Assembly: GCA_016215115.1 (NCBI GenBank)
Contig: JACRLN010000033.1
Coordinates: forward strand, 16,279-80,278
Length of the DNA: 64,000 nt
Direction of reading: 5' to 3'
Origin: Nitrospirota bacterium
GTDB taxonomy: Bacteria; Nitrospirota; Thermodesulfovibrionia; UBA6902
The notes beneath the pieces were generated by a model that made no database searches, was not told where the DNA came from, and was given only the letters and a program-made list of their open reading frames with translations. The translations under genes were made by a program, and so were the position numbers. This document shows, one piece after another, positions 18,656 through 28,028 of this stretch (positions within the stretch are counted from its first letter, which is position 1; each line of letters opens with the position of its first letter).

Positions 18656-19677
18656 GGATAGCCCTGGATGCAATGGGCGGCGATTACGCCCCTGCTACAA
18701 CTGTTGAAGGCGCTGTAGAGGCGCTTATTGAAAACAATGATCTCTCGGTTATTCTCGTAGGTGATGAAGCTGAGATATCTTTGGAACTCAAGAAGAAAAA
18801 CTACAAGGGCCTGCAGATAAGCATTAAACATGCCTCTCAAACAGTTGAAATGGATGAGTCTCCTCTTACGGCCTTAAGACGCAAGAAAGATTCATCATTA
18901 AGGGTAGCAGTAGACCTTGTGAAATCCAATGAAGCTGATGCGATGGTCAGCGCCGGCAATTCAGGGGTGGTTATGGCTACGGCCCTTCATGTCCTTGGAA
19001 AGATCCAGGGCATTGAAAGACCTGCAATAGCTGCGGTAATGCCTACCCTGAAAGGCCGTTTTGTTCTCATAGATGCCGGCGCAAATGTTGATTGCAAACC
19101 GTTACACCTCTATCAGTTCGCAATAATGGGAGAGGCATATGCACGTTACATATTCAATATTGAGAACCCTAAAATCGGACTTCTCGGGATCGGGGAGGAA
19201 GACGCAAAAGGCAATGAACTCACGAAGGAATCAGGCAAGCTTTTAAGAAATTCTCACGTTAATTTTATCGGCAATGTAGAGGGAAAAGATATATTTGCCG
19301 GCGAAGCAGATGTAGTAGTTTGTGACGGGTTTGTGGGTAATATCGCCCTGAAGATAAGCGAAGGGTTGGCTGAGGCGACTTCAAAAATGCTCAAAAGAGA
19401 AATTTCTGAAAGGGTGTCCGGTAGGATCGGCTATCTATTATTAAAAAATGCGTTCAGAAGTTTCAGAAAAAAAACCGATTATTCAGAGTATGGCGGCGCT
19501 CCCCTTCTGGGCCTCAGCAAACCATGCATTATAAGCCATGGACGTTCAACCTCAAAAGCCATAAAAAATGCAATAAAGCTTGCAGCCACCTGTCACAGCA
19601 AAAGAGTTCTTGAGGTTATATCAAAGGAAATCAATGAGGGTATTTCAAGGAGGGAAGAGGTTGCCATTAAGAAGTAG
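18652..19677 (+). CDS. plsX: Phosphate acyltransferase PlsX
   Basis: MRIALDAMGGDYAP.. is the canonical PlsX N-terminus. Confidence 0.9.
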   Translation: MRIALDAMGGDYAPATTVEGAVEALIENNDLSVILVGDEAEISLELKKKNYKGLQISIKHASQTVEMDESPLTALRRKKDSSLRVAVDLVKSNEADAMVSAGNSGVVMATALHVLGKIQGIERPAIAAVMPTLKGRFVLIDAGANVDCKPLHLYQFAIMGEAYARYIFNIENPKIGLLGIGEEDAKGNELTKESGKLLRNSHVNFIGNVEGKDIFAGEADVVVCDGFVGNIALKISEGLAEATSKMLKREISERVSGRIGYLLLKNAFRSFRKKTDYSEYGGAPLLGLSKPCIISHGRSTSKAIKNAIKLAATCHSKRVLEVISKEINEGISRREEVAIKK

Positions 19678-20644
19678 GATAACAGGCACAGGTTCATACG
19701 CTCCCGAAAATGTTCTCACCAATTTTGATCTTGAAAAGAAGGTTGATACCTCAGACGAATGGATTACCGAGAGAACAGGTATAAAAGAGCGGAGGATTGC
19801 AAGGGATACTGAGACGACTTCCGACCTTTGTCTTGAGGCCTCAAAAAAGGCCTTGCAGGCAGCGCATCTGAAACCCGGAGAGATAGAGTTGATTATTGTT
19901 GCGACAATGAGCGGGGATATGCCGATGCCGTCCACTGCGTCTTTGCTCCAGAAAAAACTCCACGCTAAAAACGCCGCAGCTTTTGATCTGAATGCAGCAT
20001 GCAGCGGTTTTTTGTACGGTCTTTCGGTAGCTGACAATTTTATTAAGGGCGGAACTTTCAGAAAGATCCTCCTTGTCGGGGCTGAGGTTATGTCAAAATT
20101 CATTGACTGGCAGGACCGTTCGACATGCGTGTTATTCGGAGACGGCGCAGGCGCTGTGATACTTGAGAAAACGACGGGACAAAGGGGGATACTTTCAACC
20201 CGTCTTTTTTCTGACGGTAACCTGTGGGATTTTATCTGTTTGCCGGGGGGCGGTTCTCAATATCCTCCTTCTTCAAAGACCTTGAAAAATAAATTGCATT
20301 TTATAAAGATGAAGGGTAACGAGACATTTAAGATTGCTGTGAGGACCCTTGAAAAACTTGTTGTAGATACGCTGAGGAAAAACAATATAAAGCTTTCTGA
20401 ACTGGCAATGTTGATCCCGCATCAGGCAAATTTGAGAATAATAAAGGCAACTGCGGAAAGGCTGAATCTGCCGATGAGCAAAGTTGCTGTTAATCTTGAA
20501 AGATACGGCAATACCTCAAGCGCATCGATACCGATAGCGCTTGATGAAGTTGTGAGAAAAGGCAGGATCAAGAAAAATGATTATGTTCTTCTGGAGGCTT
20601 TTGGCGCAGGACTGACCTGGGCGTCGGCGCTTATTAGATGGTGA
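19631..20644 (+). CDS. fabH: 3-oxoacyl-ACP synthase III
   Basis: RITGTGSYAPENV, Cys in AACSGF, and HQANLRI/N..GNTSSAS motifs. Confidence 0.9.
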   Translation, partial: SMRVFQGGKRLPLRSRITGTGSYAPENVLTNFDLEKKVDTSDEWITERTGIKERRIARDTETTSDLCLEASKKALQAAHLKPGEIELIIVATMSGDMPMPSTASLLQKKLHAKNAAAFDLNAACSGFLYGLSVADNFIKGGTFRKILLVGAEVMSKFIDWQDRSTCVLFGDGAGAVILEKTTGQRGILSTRLFSDGNLWDFICLPGGGSQYPPSSKTLKNKLHFIKMKGNETFKIAVRTLEKLVVDTLRKNNIKLSELAMLIPHQANLRIIKATAERLNLPMSKVAVNLERYGNTSSASIPIALDEVVRKGRIKKNDYVLLEAFGAGLTWASALIRW

Positions 20645-20689
20645 TTGAAAATTTCAAATTTCAAATTTGAAATTTATTATGGAGGTATG

Positions 20690-21850
20690 ATGGATTACTT
20701 TTTGACTGAAGATCAGACAATGATAAGAGACCTTGCACGGGAGATAGCAGAAGAAAAAGTAATGCCTGTCAGGGCTGAACTGGATGAGAAAGAAGAATTC
20801 CCCTGGGAAATTATGAAGACCCTTGCGCAATCTGATTTTATGGGTATTTATATCCCTGAAGAATATGGAGGCATGGGAAAAGGCGGTTTTGAGTTGACAT
20901 TGGCGATTGAAGAATTAAGCAAGGCATGTCTCGGCGTATCAACGTCTTTCGCGGCAAATGCCCTCGGGACGTATCCCATTCTCCTTTACGGTTCTGATGA
21001 ACAGAAGAAAAAATATCTTCCGGATATAGCTTCAGGAAAAAAGCTTGTTGCCTTTGCGCTTACAGAGGCAAATGCGGGCAGTGATGCCGCAGGCGTTCAG
21101 ACAACTGCAAAGCTTGAGGGCAACAAATATGTTCTTAACGGCACAAAACAGTGGATAACCAACGGTGGCGAGGCGGAAATTTACACGGTAATAGCAATAA
21201 CAGATAAAAACAAGGGGGCCAGAGGCGCGTCTGCCTTTATAGTCGAAAAAGGAACGCCGGGGTTCACTTTCGGAAAGAAGGAAAATAAACTTGGAATACG
21301 GGCCTCCTCGACAAGAGAACTTATCTTTGAAAACTGCCGCATTCCAAAGGAAAACCTCATATCGAAGGAAGGCATGGGGTTTATTGTTGCTATGAAGACT
21401 CTTGATAAATCGAGGACAGGAGTCGGTGCGCAGGGTGTCGGTGTTGCGCAGGGCGCCTTTGAGGCGGCGGCAAATTACGCAAAAGAAAGGCACCAGTTTG
21501 GACAACCGGTGATCAGCATTCAGGCCATACAGCATATTCTTGCCGATATGGCAACACAGATCGAAGCGGCGAGGGCGCTGGTATATTCAGTCGCGAAATA
21601 TATTGACAGCGAGGCAAAAGACATATCAAAAGAATCCGCAATGGCAAAATTATTTGCCACAGATGTTGCAATGAAGGTTACCGTGGATGCAGTGCAGGTT
21701 ATGGGTGGAGCAGGATATATGAGGGAGTACCCTGTTGAAAAGATGATGCGTGATGCAAAGATCCTGCAGATTTATGAAGGCACGAACCAGATACAGAGAA
21801 ACGTCATCGGACAGGCGTTGATAAAAGAAACAGCAAAGAAGAAGGAATAA
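20690..21850 (+). CDS. Acyl-CoA dehydrogenase (short/medium-chain type)
   Basis: ACAD N, middle and C domains, with YEGTNQIQR near the C-terminus. Confidence 0.85.
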   Translation: MDYFLTEDQTMIRDLAREIAEEKVMPVRAELDEKEEFPWEIMKTLAQSDFMGIYIPEEYGGMGKGGFELTLAIEELSKACLGVSTSFAANALGTYPILLYGSDEQKKKYLPDIASGKKLVAFALTEANAGSDAAGVQTTAKLEGNKYVLNGTKQWITNGGEAEIYTVIAITDKNKGARGASAFIVEKGTPGFTFGKKENKLGIRASSTRELIFENCRIPKENLISKEGMGFIVAMKTLDKSRTGVGAQGVGVAQGAFEAAANYAKERHQFGQPVISIQAIQHILADMATQIEAARALVYSVAKYIDSEAKDISKESAMAKLFATDVAMKVTVDAVQVMGGAGYMREYPVEKMMRDAKILQIYEGTNQIQRNVIGQALIKETAKKKE

Positions 21851-21853
21851 TAT

Positions 21854-22561
21854 ATGGATACAGACTGGCAGGAACTTGAAGATGTACGGAAAAAGTGTGT
21901 GGAATTTGACGGAGAATTAGATACATTTTATCAGTCTTTGAGAGAAATCAAGGAAATAAGAGATTCTGTCAGAGATCTCCCGGAAAAATTAAAACAGAAT
22001 GAAGAAGAAATCGAGAAACATAAAAGGGAAATTGAATGCATGATGACTTCTGCAGGCGATTTGCTGATTAATTTTGAAGAGCAGGCAAAGGGTTTATTTT
22101 ATGATCTGGAAAAGAAAACCGAAAATTTAGCTGGCGATGTAAGATCGAACATCTCTGAACTTAAGAATATCTTTGAAATAGACTCTCAAAAATTACATAA
22201 TGAACAGAAAGAAAGAATCGAACAAATTACACTAACATATGAACAGATAAAAATATTTTTTAAAAACATAAAAAGTGTTATTGACTCTCACGAACAGTCA
22301 ATCAATACGTTGAATGATAATTATGCCAATAGTTTAGAGATGATTCAAAGGTCTGAACAATCTTTTAAGGAAATTCAGAAGACCGTATCTGAATTAATAA
22401 AAAGACCAGATGAACCGGACAACAGGATAAAAGCAGTGGAAGCACAATTAAAAGAATTGTTTTTTACCAAGCTTGAAAGACAGAAAAACATCATCTTGTG
22501 GATGCTGGCAGCAGTTATAATTAGTGTTGTCTTTATTGTTTTCTATGTGATGTGGCATTAG
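21854..22561 (+). CDS. Coiled-coil protein with C-terminal transmembrane anchor
   Basis: Heptad-rich sequence and terminal hydrophobic helix ILWMLAAVIISVVFIVFYVMW. Confidence 0.5.
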   Translation: MDTDWQELEDVRKKCVEFDGELDTFYQSLREIKEIRDSVRDLPEKLKQNEEEIEKHKREIECMMTSAGDLLINFEEQAKGLFYDLEKKTENLAGDVRSNISELKNIFEIDSQKLHNEQKERIEQITLTYEQIKIFFKNIKSVIDSHEQSINTLNDNYANSLEMIQRSEQSFKEIQKTVSELIKRPDEPDNRIKAVEAQLKELFFTKLERQKNIILWMLAAVIISVVFIVFYVMWH

Positions 22562-22592
22562 TGATAACCGCATAAATAATGTCCGCTTTTTC

Positions 22593-22652
22593 GTCATTCC
22601 CGCATGTCGTTAGCGGGAATCCAGAAGTTATTAGCCTCTGGATTCCCGATTG
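22593..22652. repeat. REP-like element, partial (first hairpin only)
   Basis: GTCATTCCCGCATGTCGTTAGCGGGAATCCAG..CTGGATTCCCGA. Confidence 0.6.
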
Positions 22653-22830
22653 GAAAATCAAACATGAAGAATTCCCCCCTATTTCCGGATATCATTACAA
22701 AATACATGATATCCAATCAGCAAAGTTTAAAAATTTAAAATAATTCTTGTCAGTCCATAAGAAAAAAAAGTATATTCTTGTAGATATCCAGAAACGGTAT
22801 AATTATTGGTTGTGACTCAAAAATAATATT

Positions 22831-23313
22831 ATGAAAAAGCAATATATAAAAAACAAATTAGATGAGCTTATATCCACTGGGAAAGAACCGAAATATGAAT
22901 CCTTATCAATAAAAGAATTCATCACAGAGTTTGATTATGCTACGAGATATCTATCAAGATTATTGAAAGCCCGTTCCTTAACAATGTATTTGCTTTTATT
23001 CAAAAAAGCTTATCTTGAAGAAGGTAAAAGGATCATTTCTATGAGAGCATCTGAGCTTAGTGAAAACTTGCTCTCAGATTTAGGACAACCAATGTCAAAT
23101 GATACCGTGAGAAAAGGGATTAATGAACTTGTCCAAAAGAAAATTATTAGTGTAAGTTCTTCAGTAAAGCCGGGGCAAATAAACCAATACGAAGTAAGAT
23201 TACCGTCAGAACTTAGAGAAGTTCAGGAGATGATAAGTAAAGACAAGGAACAGCTTAATAAATCTTTTATGATTCAAGAGATGATTACTTTACTGACCAA
23301 GAAAAGAGAATAG
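22831..23313 (+). CDS. Winged-helix DNA-binding protein (putative regulator or replication-associated), AT-rich
   Basis: wHTH-like segment SELSENLLSDLGQPMSNDTVRKGINELVQKKII. First gene of the inserted island. Confidence 0.4.
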   Translation: MKKQYIKNKLDELISTGKEPKYESLSIKEFITEFDYATRYLSRLLKARSLTMYLLLFKKAYLEEGKRIISMRASELSENLLSDLGQPMSNDTVRKGINELVQKKIISVSSSVKPGQINQYEVRLPSELREVQEMISKDKEQLNKSFMIQEMITLLTKKRE

Positions 23314-23349
23314 AAATACGGACATAATTATAAATCTAATTTAGTTTCT

Positions 23350-23448
23350 TCATGTAAAGTATGTAATACCAAGAAAAATAATATTGATGCTCAATCTTTT
23401 CTATTGCAAAACTACCGAAAAGACTTACTTTCACAAGATGAATATTAA
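23350..23448 (+). pseudogene. Remnant of an HNH endonuclease C-terminus
   Basis: Translates as SCKVCNTKKNNIDAQSF..., a CxxCNxxKxN HNH tail, with no upstream ORF. Confidence 0.3.
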
Positions 23449-23538
23449 TCACAAAAAGATAAATTAAAGTATTTGATTGAAGACTATGACAACTTAAAAA
23501 CATAACCTGACGCTGCGTACTGAGATATATGAGAACAA

Positions 23539-24402
23539 ATGGCCAGTATAGACGGTGTACCTACTGTTGCTGTAACTATTATGGACAAAACCGGTAGAAA
23601 CAATCCATGTCCGTGTGGCAGCGGCAAGAAGTACAAAAAGTGTTGCCTCGACAAGAAACCACGTGAACACACGGTAATTGTTGCCTCTCCTGAACCTCTC
23701 CACGGTTTTTATTACGACAAAGAAAGGTTGGAGTTTAGCGGCCTGACACTCGACGATCGATTGATCAAACCTGTTATCACCTATTCCCAGACCCACTATA
23801 AAAGCGACTCGGGAAAGGAAAAGGTAATTGCTCGAATTCAGGACAAGGTTATCCCCAATGAAGCAGATCTCATGAGACACCTGTCTTCAGATTTTGATTT
23901 GATCGTAGCTATCGACACAAATACAAGAATGATTCGAAGTGAAAGAATATCTGTAAGCGGCGTTGTTCATTGTGTTCTGCAGCGCATGGCCGACCCTTAT
24001 AGCAACGACGTGAACTTTCCGTGGCATGAGGTTGTTCTTTTTCGAAACTGCCCAAGCGACTTGCCTTCCGAGAAATTCGGATGGATGACCGTGATACAGA
24101 GAATTAATTGCGAACCGCCGAATAAGCTAAAAAGGTTCGCTATCGTAACAGATCACGATTTGGACAACCACACATCGTACAATAGCAAGAGAACGGCCAT
24201 TTTCAAGAACTTTTATTTGCCAGACAATTTTACGTTCATGTATGGAAGGGGTGATGGCCCAAACCAAAGCCTCCTGAATTATCTTGTGAAGCAGTGCGAC
24301 AAAGAATCAACAGAAGTGCTCAGAATGATCGAGCAGACCGGCTATTATCAGCATGGGGACGAGAAGTGTTCAATTGACCAAATCCCTGTGCCCGGTTCGT
24401 AG
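23539..24402 (+). CDS. SEC-C motif protein with PIN-like (putative nuclease) region; G+C-richer than its surroundings
   Basis: N-terminal NNPCPCGSGKKYKKCC, then LIVAIDTNT ... FAIVTDHDLD, which resemble PIN motifs I and IV. Confidence 0.45.
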   Translation: MASIDGVPTVAVTIMDKTGRNNPCPCGSGKKYKKCCLDKKPREHTVIVASPEPLHGFYYDKERLEFSGLTLDDRLIKPVITYSQTHYKSDSGKEKVIARIQDKVIPNEADLMRHLSSDFDLIVAIDTNTRMIRSERISVSGVVHCVLQRMADPYSNDVNFPWHEVVLFRNCPSDLPSEKFGWMTVIQRINCEPPNKLKRFAIVTDHDLDNHTSYNSKRTAIFKNFYLPDNFTFMYGRGDGPNQSLLNYLVKQCDKESTEVLRMIEQTGYYQHGDEKCSIDQIPVPGS

Positions 24403-24524
24403 ATAGGTAGGAAGAAGATCGGTAGAACATTGGTTTTGGATGGAATGGCGGAGGGATACTTCTTGATCCGTCTGTTCAGAGCCCAAAACTTATCGCTGTA
24501 TGGACTAAGCTTGAACCCTTACCG

Positions 24525-24815
24525 TTGGTAGTGAATGCCCCGGCTCCAATTATCTTGGGGCTTATCTTATTCGGCATCGGTCATGCTTTCATTTATCGAT
24601 GGATCGCGCCTTTTTGGCCGGAAGGGATTAAAGCACGGGCATGGCGCATGGCTGCCCTTGTATTTTTTCTCTCATTTCTATTCTGGGAGTTTTTTACGCC
24701 TTTCAACCAATTCGGAGAGCCTCTGCCGTTGATTGGGTTAGAAATGACATTCTGGGCAACTATTGCTATTGCAGAGGCTTTCGTCATTGCGACGGTGTTT
24801 GAACGGGGAAAATGA
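24525..24815 (+). CDS. Small integral membrane protein (3 predicted TM helices)
   Basis: Hydrophobic segments, G+C-richer codons, last gene of the island. Confidence 0.45.
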   Translation: MVVNAPAPIILGLILFGIGHAFIYRWIAPFWPEGIKARAWRMAALVFFLSFLFWEFFTPFNQFGEPLPLIGLEMTFWATIAIAEAFVIATVFERGK

Positions 24816-24908
24816 AATATTACTCAGAAGAAGAATAGTCTTTCGCGACTTTTCTGACAGGGTTTACCTCTCCGAACTTAATTTCGTATAATACCACTCT
24901 GAATTTAC

Positions 24909-24936
24909 GTAGGGGCGTATTGCTATACGCCCCTAC
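24909..24936. other. Perfect 12-bp-stem hairpin GTAGGGGCGTAT-TGC-TATACGCCCCTAC at the island / etfB boundary
   Basis: Read directly from the sequence; no U-tail follows. Confidence 0.5.
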
Positions 24937-24962
24937 TCATAAAACATGGAGGAAATTTCGCG

Positions 24963-25745
24963 GTGAACATTATTGTCTGCATAAAACAGGTTCCCGATAC
25001 ATCGGAGATAAAGATTAATCCTGAAACAAACACGCTAATGAGGGAAGGCGTTCCAAGTATCATCAATCCTTTTGATTTATATGCCCTTGAGGCTGGAATA
25101 CAGATAAAGGAGAAGCTTGGAGGCAAAGTCACTGTTCTGACCATGGGACCTCCGCAGGCAGAAACCGCTCTCAGAGAAGCCATCTCAATGGGAGCTGATG
25201 AGGCGGTGCTTCTTTCAGACAGGGCTTTTGCAGGCTCTGATACATGGGCGACTTCATATACGCTTGCACAGGCGATAAAGAAGTTTGGCGCTGATATTAT
25301 TTTCTGCGGCAAACAGGCGATAGACGGCGATACCGCACAGGTGGGCCCTGAGACAGCGGAATTTTTAGGGATCCCGCATATTTCATATATCAGAAAAATA
25401 GAGGAGATAAAGGATGATTACATAAGAGTTCAGAGACTTATGGATGAAGGATACGATATAGTGGAGACCGGATTGCCTGTATTGCTTACAGTTGTCAAGG
25501 AATTAAATCAGCCAAGGATGCCTTCTCTGAAGGGCAAGATGGCAGCGAAAAAGGCTGAGATAAAGAAGATGGGAAAGGCAGAAATAGAAGCTGATGAAGA
25601 TAATATCGGGCTGAAAGGTTCTCCCACACAGGTGAAAAATATTTTTGCACCGCAAATAAAGGCAGAGAGAAAAATGATCAAGGGCAGTTCCGAAGAACAG
25701 GCAGATGCCTTGATAGATGAATTGAGGAAGATTAAATGCATATGA
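24963..25745 (+). CDS. etfB: Electron transfer flavoprotein beta subunit
   Basis: MNIIVCIKQVPDT.. is the EtfB N-terminus. Confidence 0.9.
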   Translation: MNIIVCIKQVPDTSEIKINPETNTLMREGVPSIINPFDLYALEAGIQIKEKLGGKVTVLTMGPPQAETALREAISMGADEAVLLSDRAFAGSDTWATSYTLAQAIKKFGADIIFCGKQAIDGDTAQVGPETAEFLGIPHISYIRKIEEIKDDYIRVQRLMDEGYDIVETGLPVLLTVVKELNQPRMPSLKGKMAAKKAEIKKMGKAEIEADEDNIGLKGSPTQVKNIFAPQIKAERKMIKGSSEEQADALIDELRKIKCI

Positions 25746-25809
25746 GCCGAAGGCGAATGAATATGATAAATAAGAAAATCTTACATTGGATTCCCGGAGA
25801 GAATACTAA

Positions 25810-27009
25810 ATGCCTATAGTTGTTAGAGTTGATAAATGTACCGGATGTGAAACGTGTTTAACTTCATGCCCTTTTGATGCTATTGTGATGAAAGAGGGGA
25901 AGGCCTTTATCAATGAGTACTGCAATTACTGCAAGACATGCATTTCTGTATGCCCTGAGGGGGCAATAATTGAGACAGAAGAAATTTCAAATCTCAAATC
26001 TCAAATCTCAAATATCAAAGATTATAAAGATGTGCTTGTTTTTGCTGAACAGAGGGAAGGGAAGGTTGCGCCTGTATCTTATGAGTTACTTGGAATTGGC
26101 AGGAAGCTTGCTGATGAACTCGGTGCAAAACTGTTAGCCTTCTTATTAGGCGCTGATGAATCTGAAGCAACGGAACTGATCAAATGGGGAGCTGACAGGG
26201 TTTACCTGTGCAATGATTCAGAGTTAATTAAATTTAACGATGATTCCTACGCTGATATTCTCACCAGGGTTATTAATGAACAAAAGCCTTCTATCGTACT
26301 TGCAGGGGCGACGCCGATCGGAAGGTCATTTATCCCAAGGGTTGCAGCACGGCTTAGAACAGGACTTACAGCAGACTGTACTTCACTTGAGATAGATAAA
26401 GTGTCAAAGAATCTCCTTCAGGTACGTCCGGCTTTCGGCGGCAATATTATGGCCACGATTCTCTGCCCTGATTATCGTCCGCAGATGGCAACTGTCAGGC
26501 CACGCGTGATGAAAAGGGGTTCTTATGATGAAAACAGAACAGGCGAAATTCTCAATATACAAATGGATAACATCACTGCAAGAACAAAAGTAATCGAGTC
26601 TATCAAGGAGGTTTCCGGGATCAGCGTCAATCTCCACGAAGCTGAATTCATCGTGGCAGGCGGGAGGGGAGCAGCCGGTGAAAAGGGATTCAAACTTCTT
26701 GAAGAACTTGCGCAGGTGCTGGGCGGAGTCGTCGGCGCGTCGCGTGCCGCTGTTGACGAAGGATGGATTTCTTACAGCCATCAGGTCGGGCAGACAGGCA
26801 AGACCGTGAATCCTAAAATTTATATCGCCTGCGGAATTTCAGGCGCTGTTCAGCATCTCGTCGGAATGCAGTCATCGGACATCATCATCGCCATCAATAA
26901 AAATCCCGAAGCCCCGATTTTCAACGTCGCGACATACGGCATTGTCGGAGACCTGTTTGAGATAGTGCCGATGCTGACTAAGAGGATAAAAGAAATAAAA
27001 GGGATGTAA
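25810..27009 (+). CDS. etfA: Electron transfer flavoprotein alpha subunit with N-terminal 2x[4Fe-4S] ferredoxin domain
   Basis: CTGCETCLTSCP and CNYCKTCISVCP, followed by the Etf alpha FAD-binding domain. The linker is encoded by the tandem repeat AAATCTCA x4. Confidence 0.9.
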   Translation: MPIVVRVDKCTGCETCLTSCPFDAIVMKEGKAFINEYCNYCKTCISVCPEGAIIETEEISNLKSQISNIKDYKDVLVFAEQREGKVAPVSYELLGIGRKLADELGAKLLAFLLGADESEATELIKWGADRVYLCNDSELIKFNDDSYADILTRVINEQKPSIVLAGATPIGRSFIPRVAARLRTGLTADCTSLEIDKVSKNLLQVRPAFGGNIMATILCPDYRPQMATVRPRVMKRGSYDENRTGEILNIQMDNITARTKVIESIKEVSGISVNLHEAEFIVAGGRGAAGEKGFKLLEELAQVLGGVVGASRAAVDEGWISYSHQVGQTGKTVNPKIYIACGISGAVQHLVGMQSSDIIIAINKNPEAPIFNVATYGIVGDLFEIVPMLTKRIKEIKGM

Positions 27010-27020
27010 CGGCCTTTCAG

Positions 27021-27671
27021 TTAATCTTTGGTATTAACATCCCTCTCTACAATAATGACCTCGCAGGAATGAGACCATAGATCTTTGATAAGGTTATCAC
27101 CGCCTGCTCCTTGAATGCAGAGGTAGTGCATATATCCGCCGTCCGGTTTGGGGTATGATAAAAAGGTATGGACCTGACAATGATGCTTTAAACACAGTTC
27201 TATATAATCGTTTGGCGCTTTGTCCGTATCGTTGCCTTTATCAAAAAATAGTATACGATAGCTGGTTTTATAGGAAAGGATGCTCCATATGGCTTTGAAT
27301 ATATCCGATTCAGTGATAAGTCCTTTAATTTGTCCTTCCTTTACAACGGGCATGGCTCCGATCTTGTGTTTAAGCATCAGAAATGCAGCCATTTCCAGGT
27401 GGTCGTTTGGACTTAAAACGTGAACATGAGTCGTCATAACATCCTTAACAGATATATTTATACTTGCTTCGCCTTCCTGGGTGGACTGCCAAAGTGTTCG
27501 CGGAAGAACGCGATACAGGTCCCGCTCACTTATCATTCCAACAAGCTGATTGTTTTCCAGTACCGGGGCTCTCCGGATGTGATGTCTCTTGAGATAATGT
27601 AATGCTTCAAGACATCTTTGTTCAGGAAAAAGCGTAATTACTTCGGGAGTCATGAAATATCTGACTAACAT
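27021..27671 (-). CDS. CBS-domain pair protein with an uncharacterised C-terminal domain
   Basis: Two CBS motifs (HHIRRAPVLENNQLVGMISERDL; GAMPVVKEGQIKGLITESDI). Confidence 0.7.
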   Translation of the reverse strand: MLVRYFMTPEVITLFPEQRCLEALHYLKRHHIRRAPVLENNQLVGMISERDLYRVLPRTLWQSTQEGEASINISVKDVMTTHVHVLSPNDHLEMAAFLMLKHKIGAMPVVKEGQIKGLITESDIFKAIWSILSYKTSYRILFFDKGNDTDKAPNDYIELCLKHHCQVHTFLSYPKPDGGYMHYLCIQGAGGDNLIKDLWSHSCEVIIVERDVNTKD

Positions 27672-27803
27672 AGAATTATTGTACCGTCCCGAAAATTTTG
27701 TTTAATAAATTAATACAGCATCGATAACGCTTCATGTTGGATATACTTACCTCCCGTGTATAATTATTCGGCTAAAATGACACATTACATTAGGGTTGAT
27801 TCG

Positions 27804-27961
27804 GTAACCCTTCAGTTACGGGTTGCAATAATTGTTTAAAGCGTGTCATCCCCGCAGTCCTTTGAGCGGGGATCCAGTTCTCCGGTTTCTGGATTCCCGC
27901 TTAACAGATCGCGGGAATGACAATCCAAATACTTTTTTGTCACCCGTAACTGAGGGGTTAC
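27804..27961. mobile_element. MITE copy 2 (158 bp; 20-bp terminal inverted repeats GTAACCCTTCAGTTACGGGT / ACCCGTAACTGAGGGGTTAC)
   Basis: Full-length copy whose REP-like core is identical to copies 1 and 3. Confidence 0.8.
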
Positions 27962-28028
27962 TTGATTCGTTGATTTAGAATAGACCAAAAGGTATAATTT
28001 TCAGGCAGTCTTATTATTTCAGGAGGTT

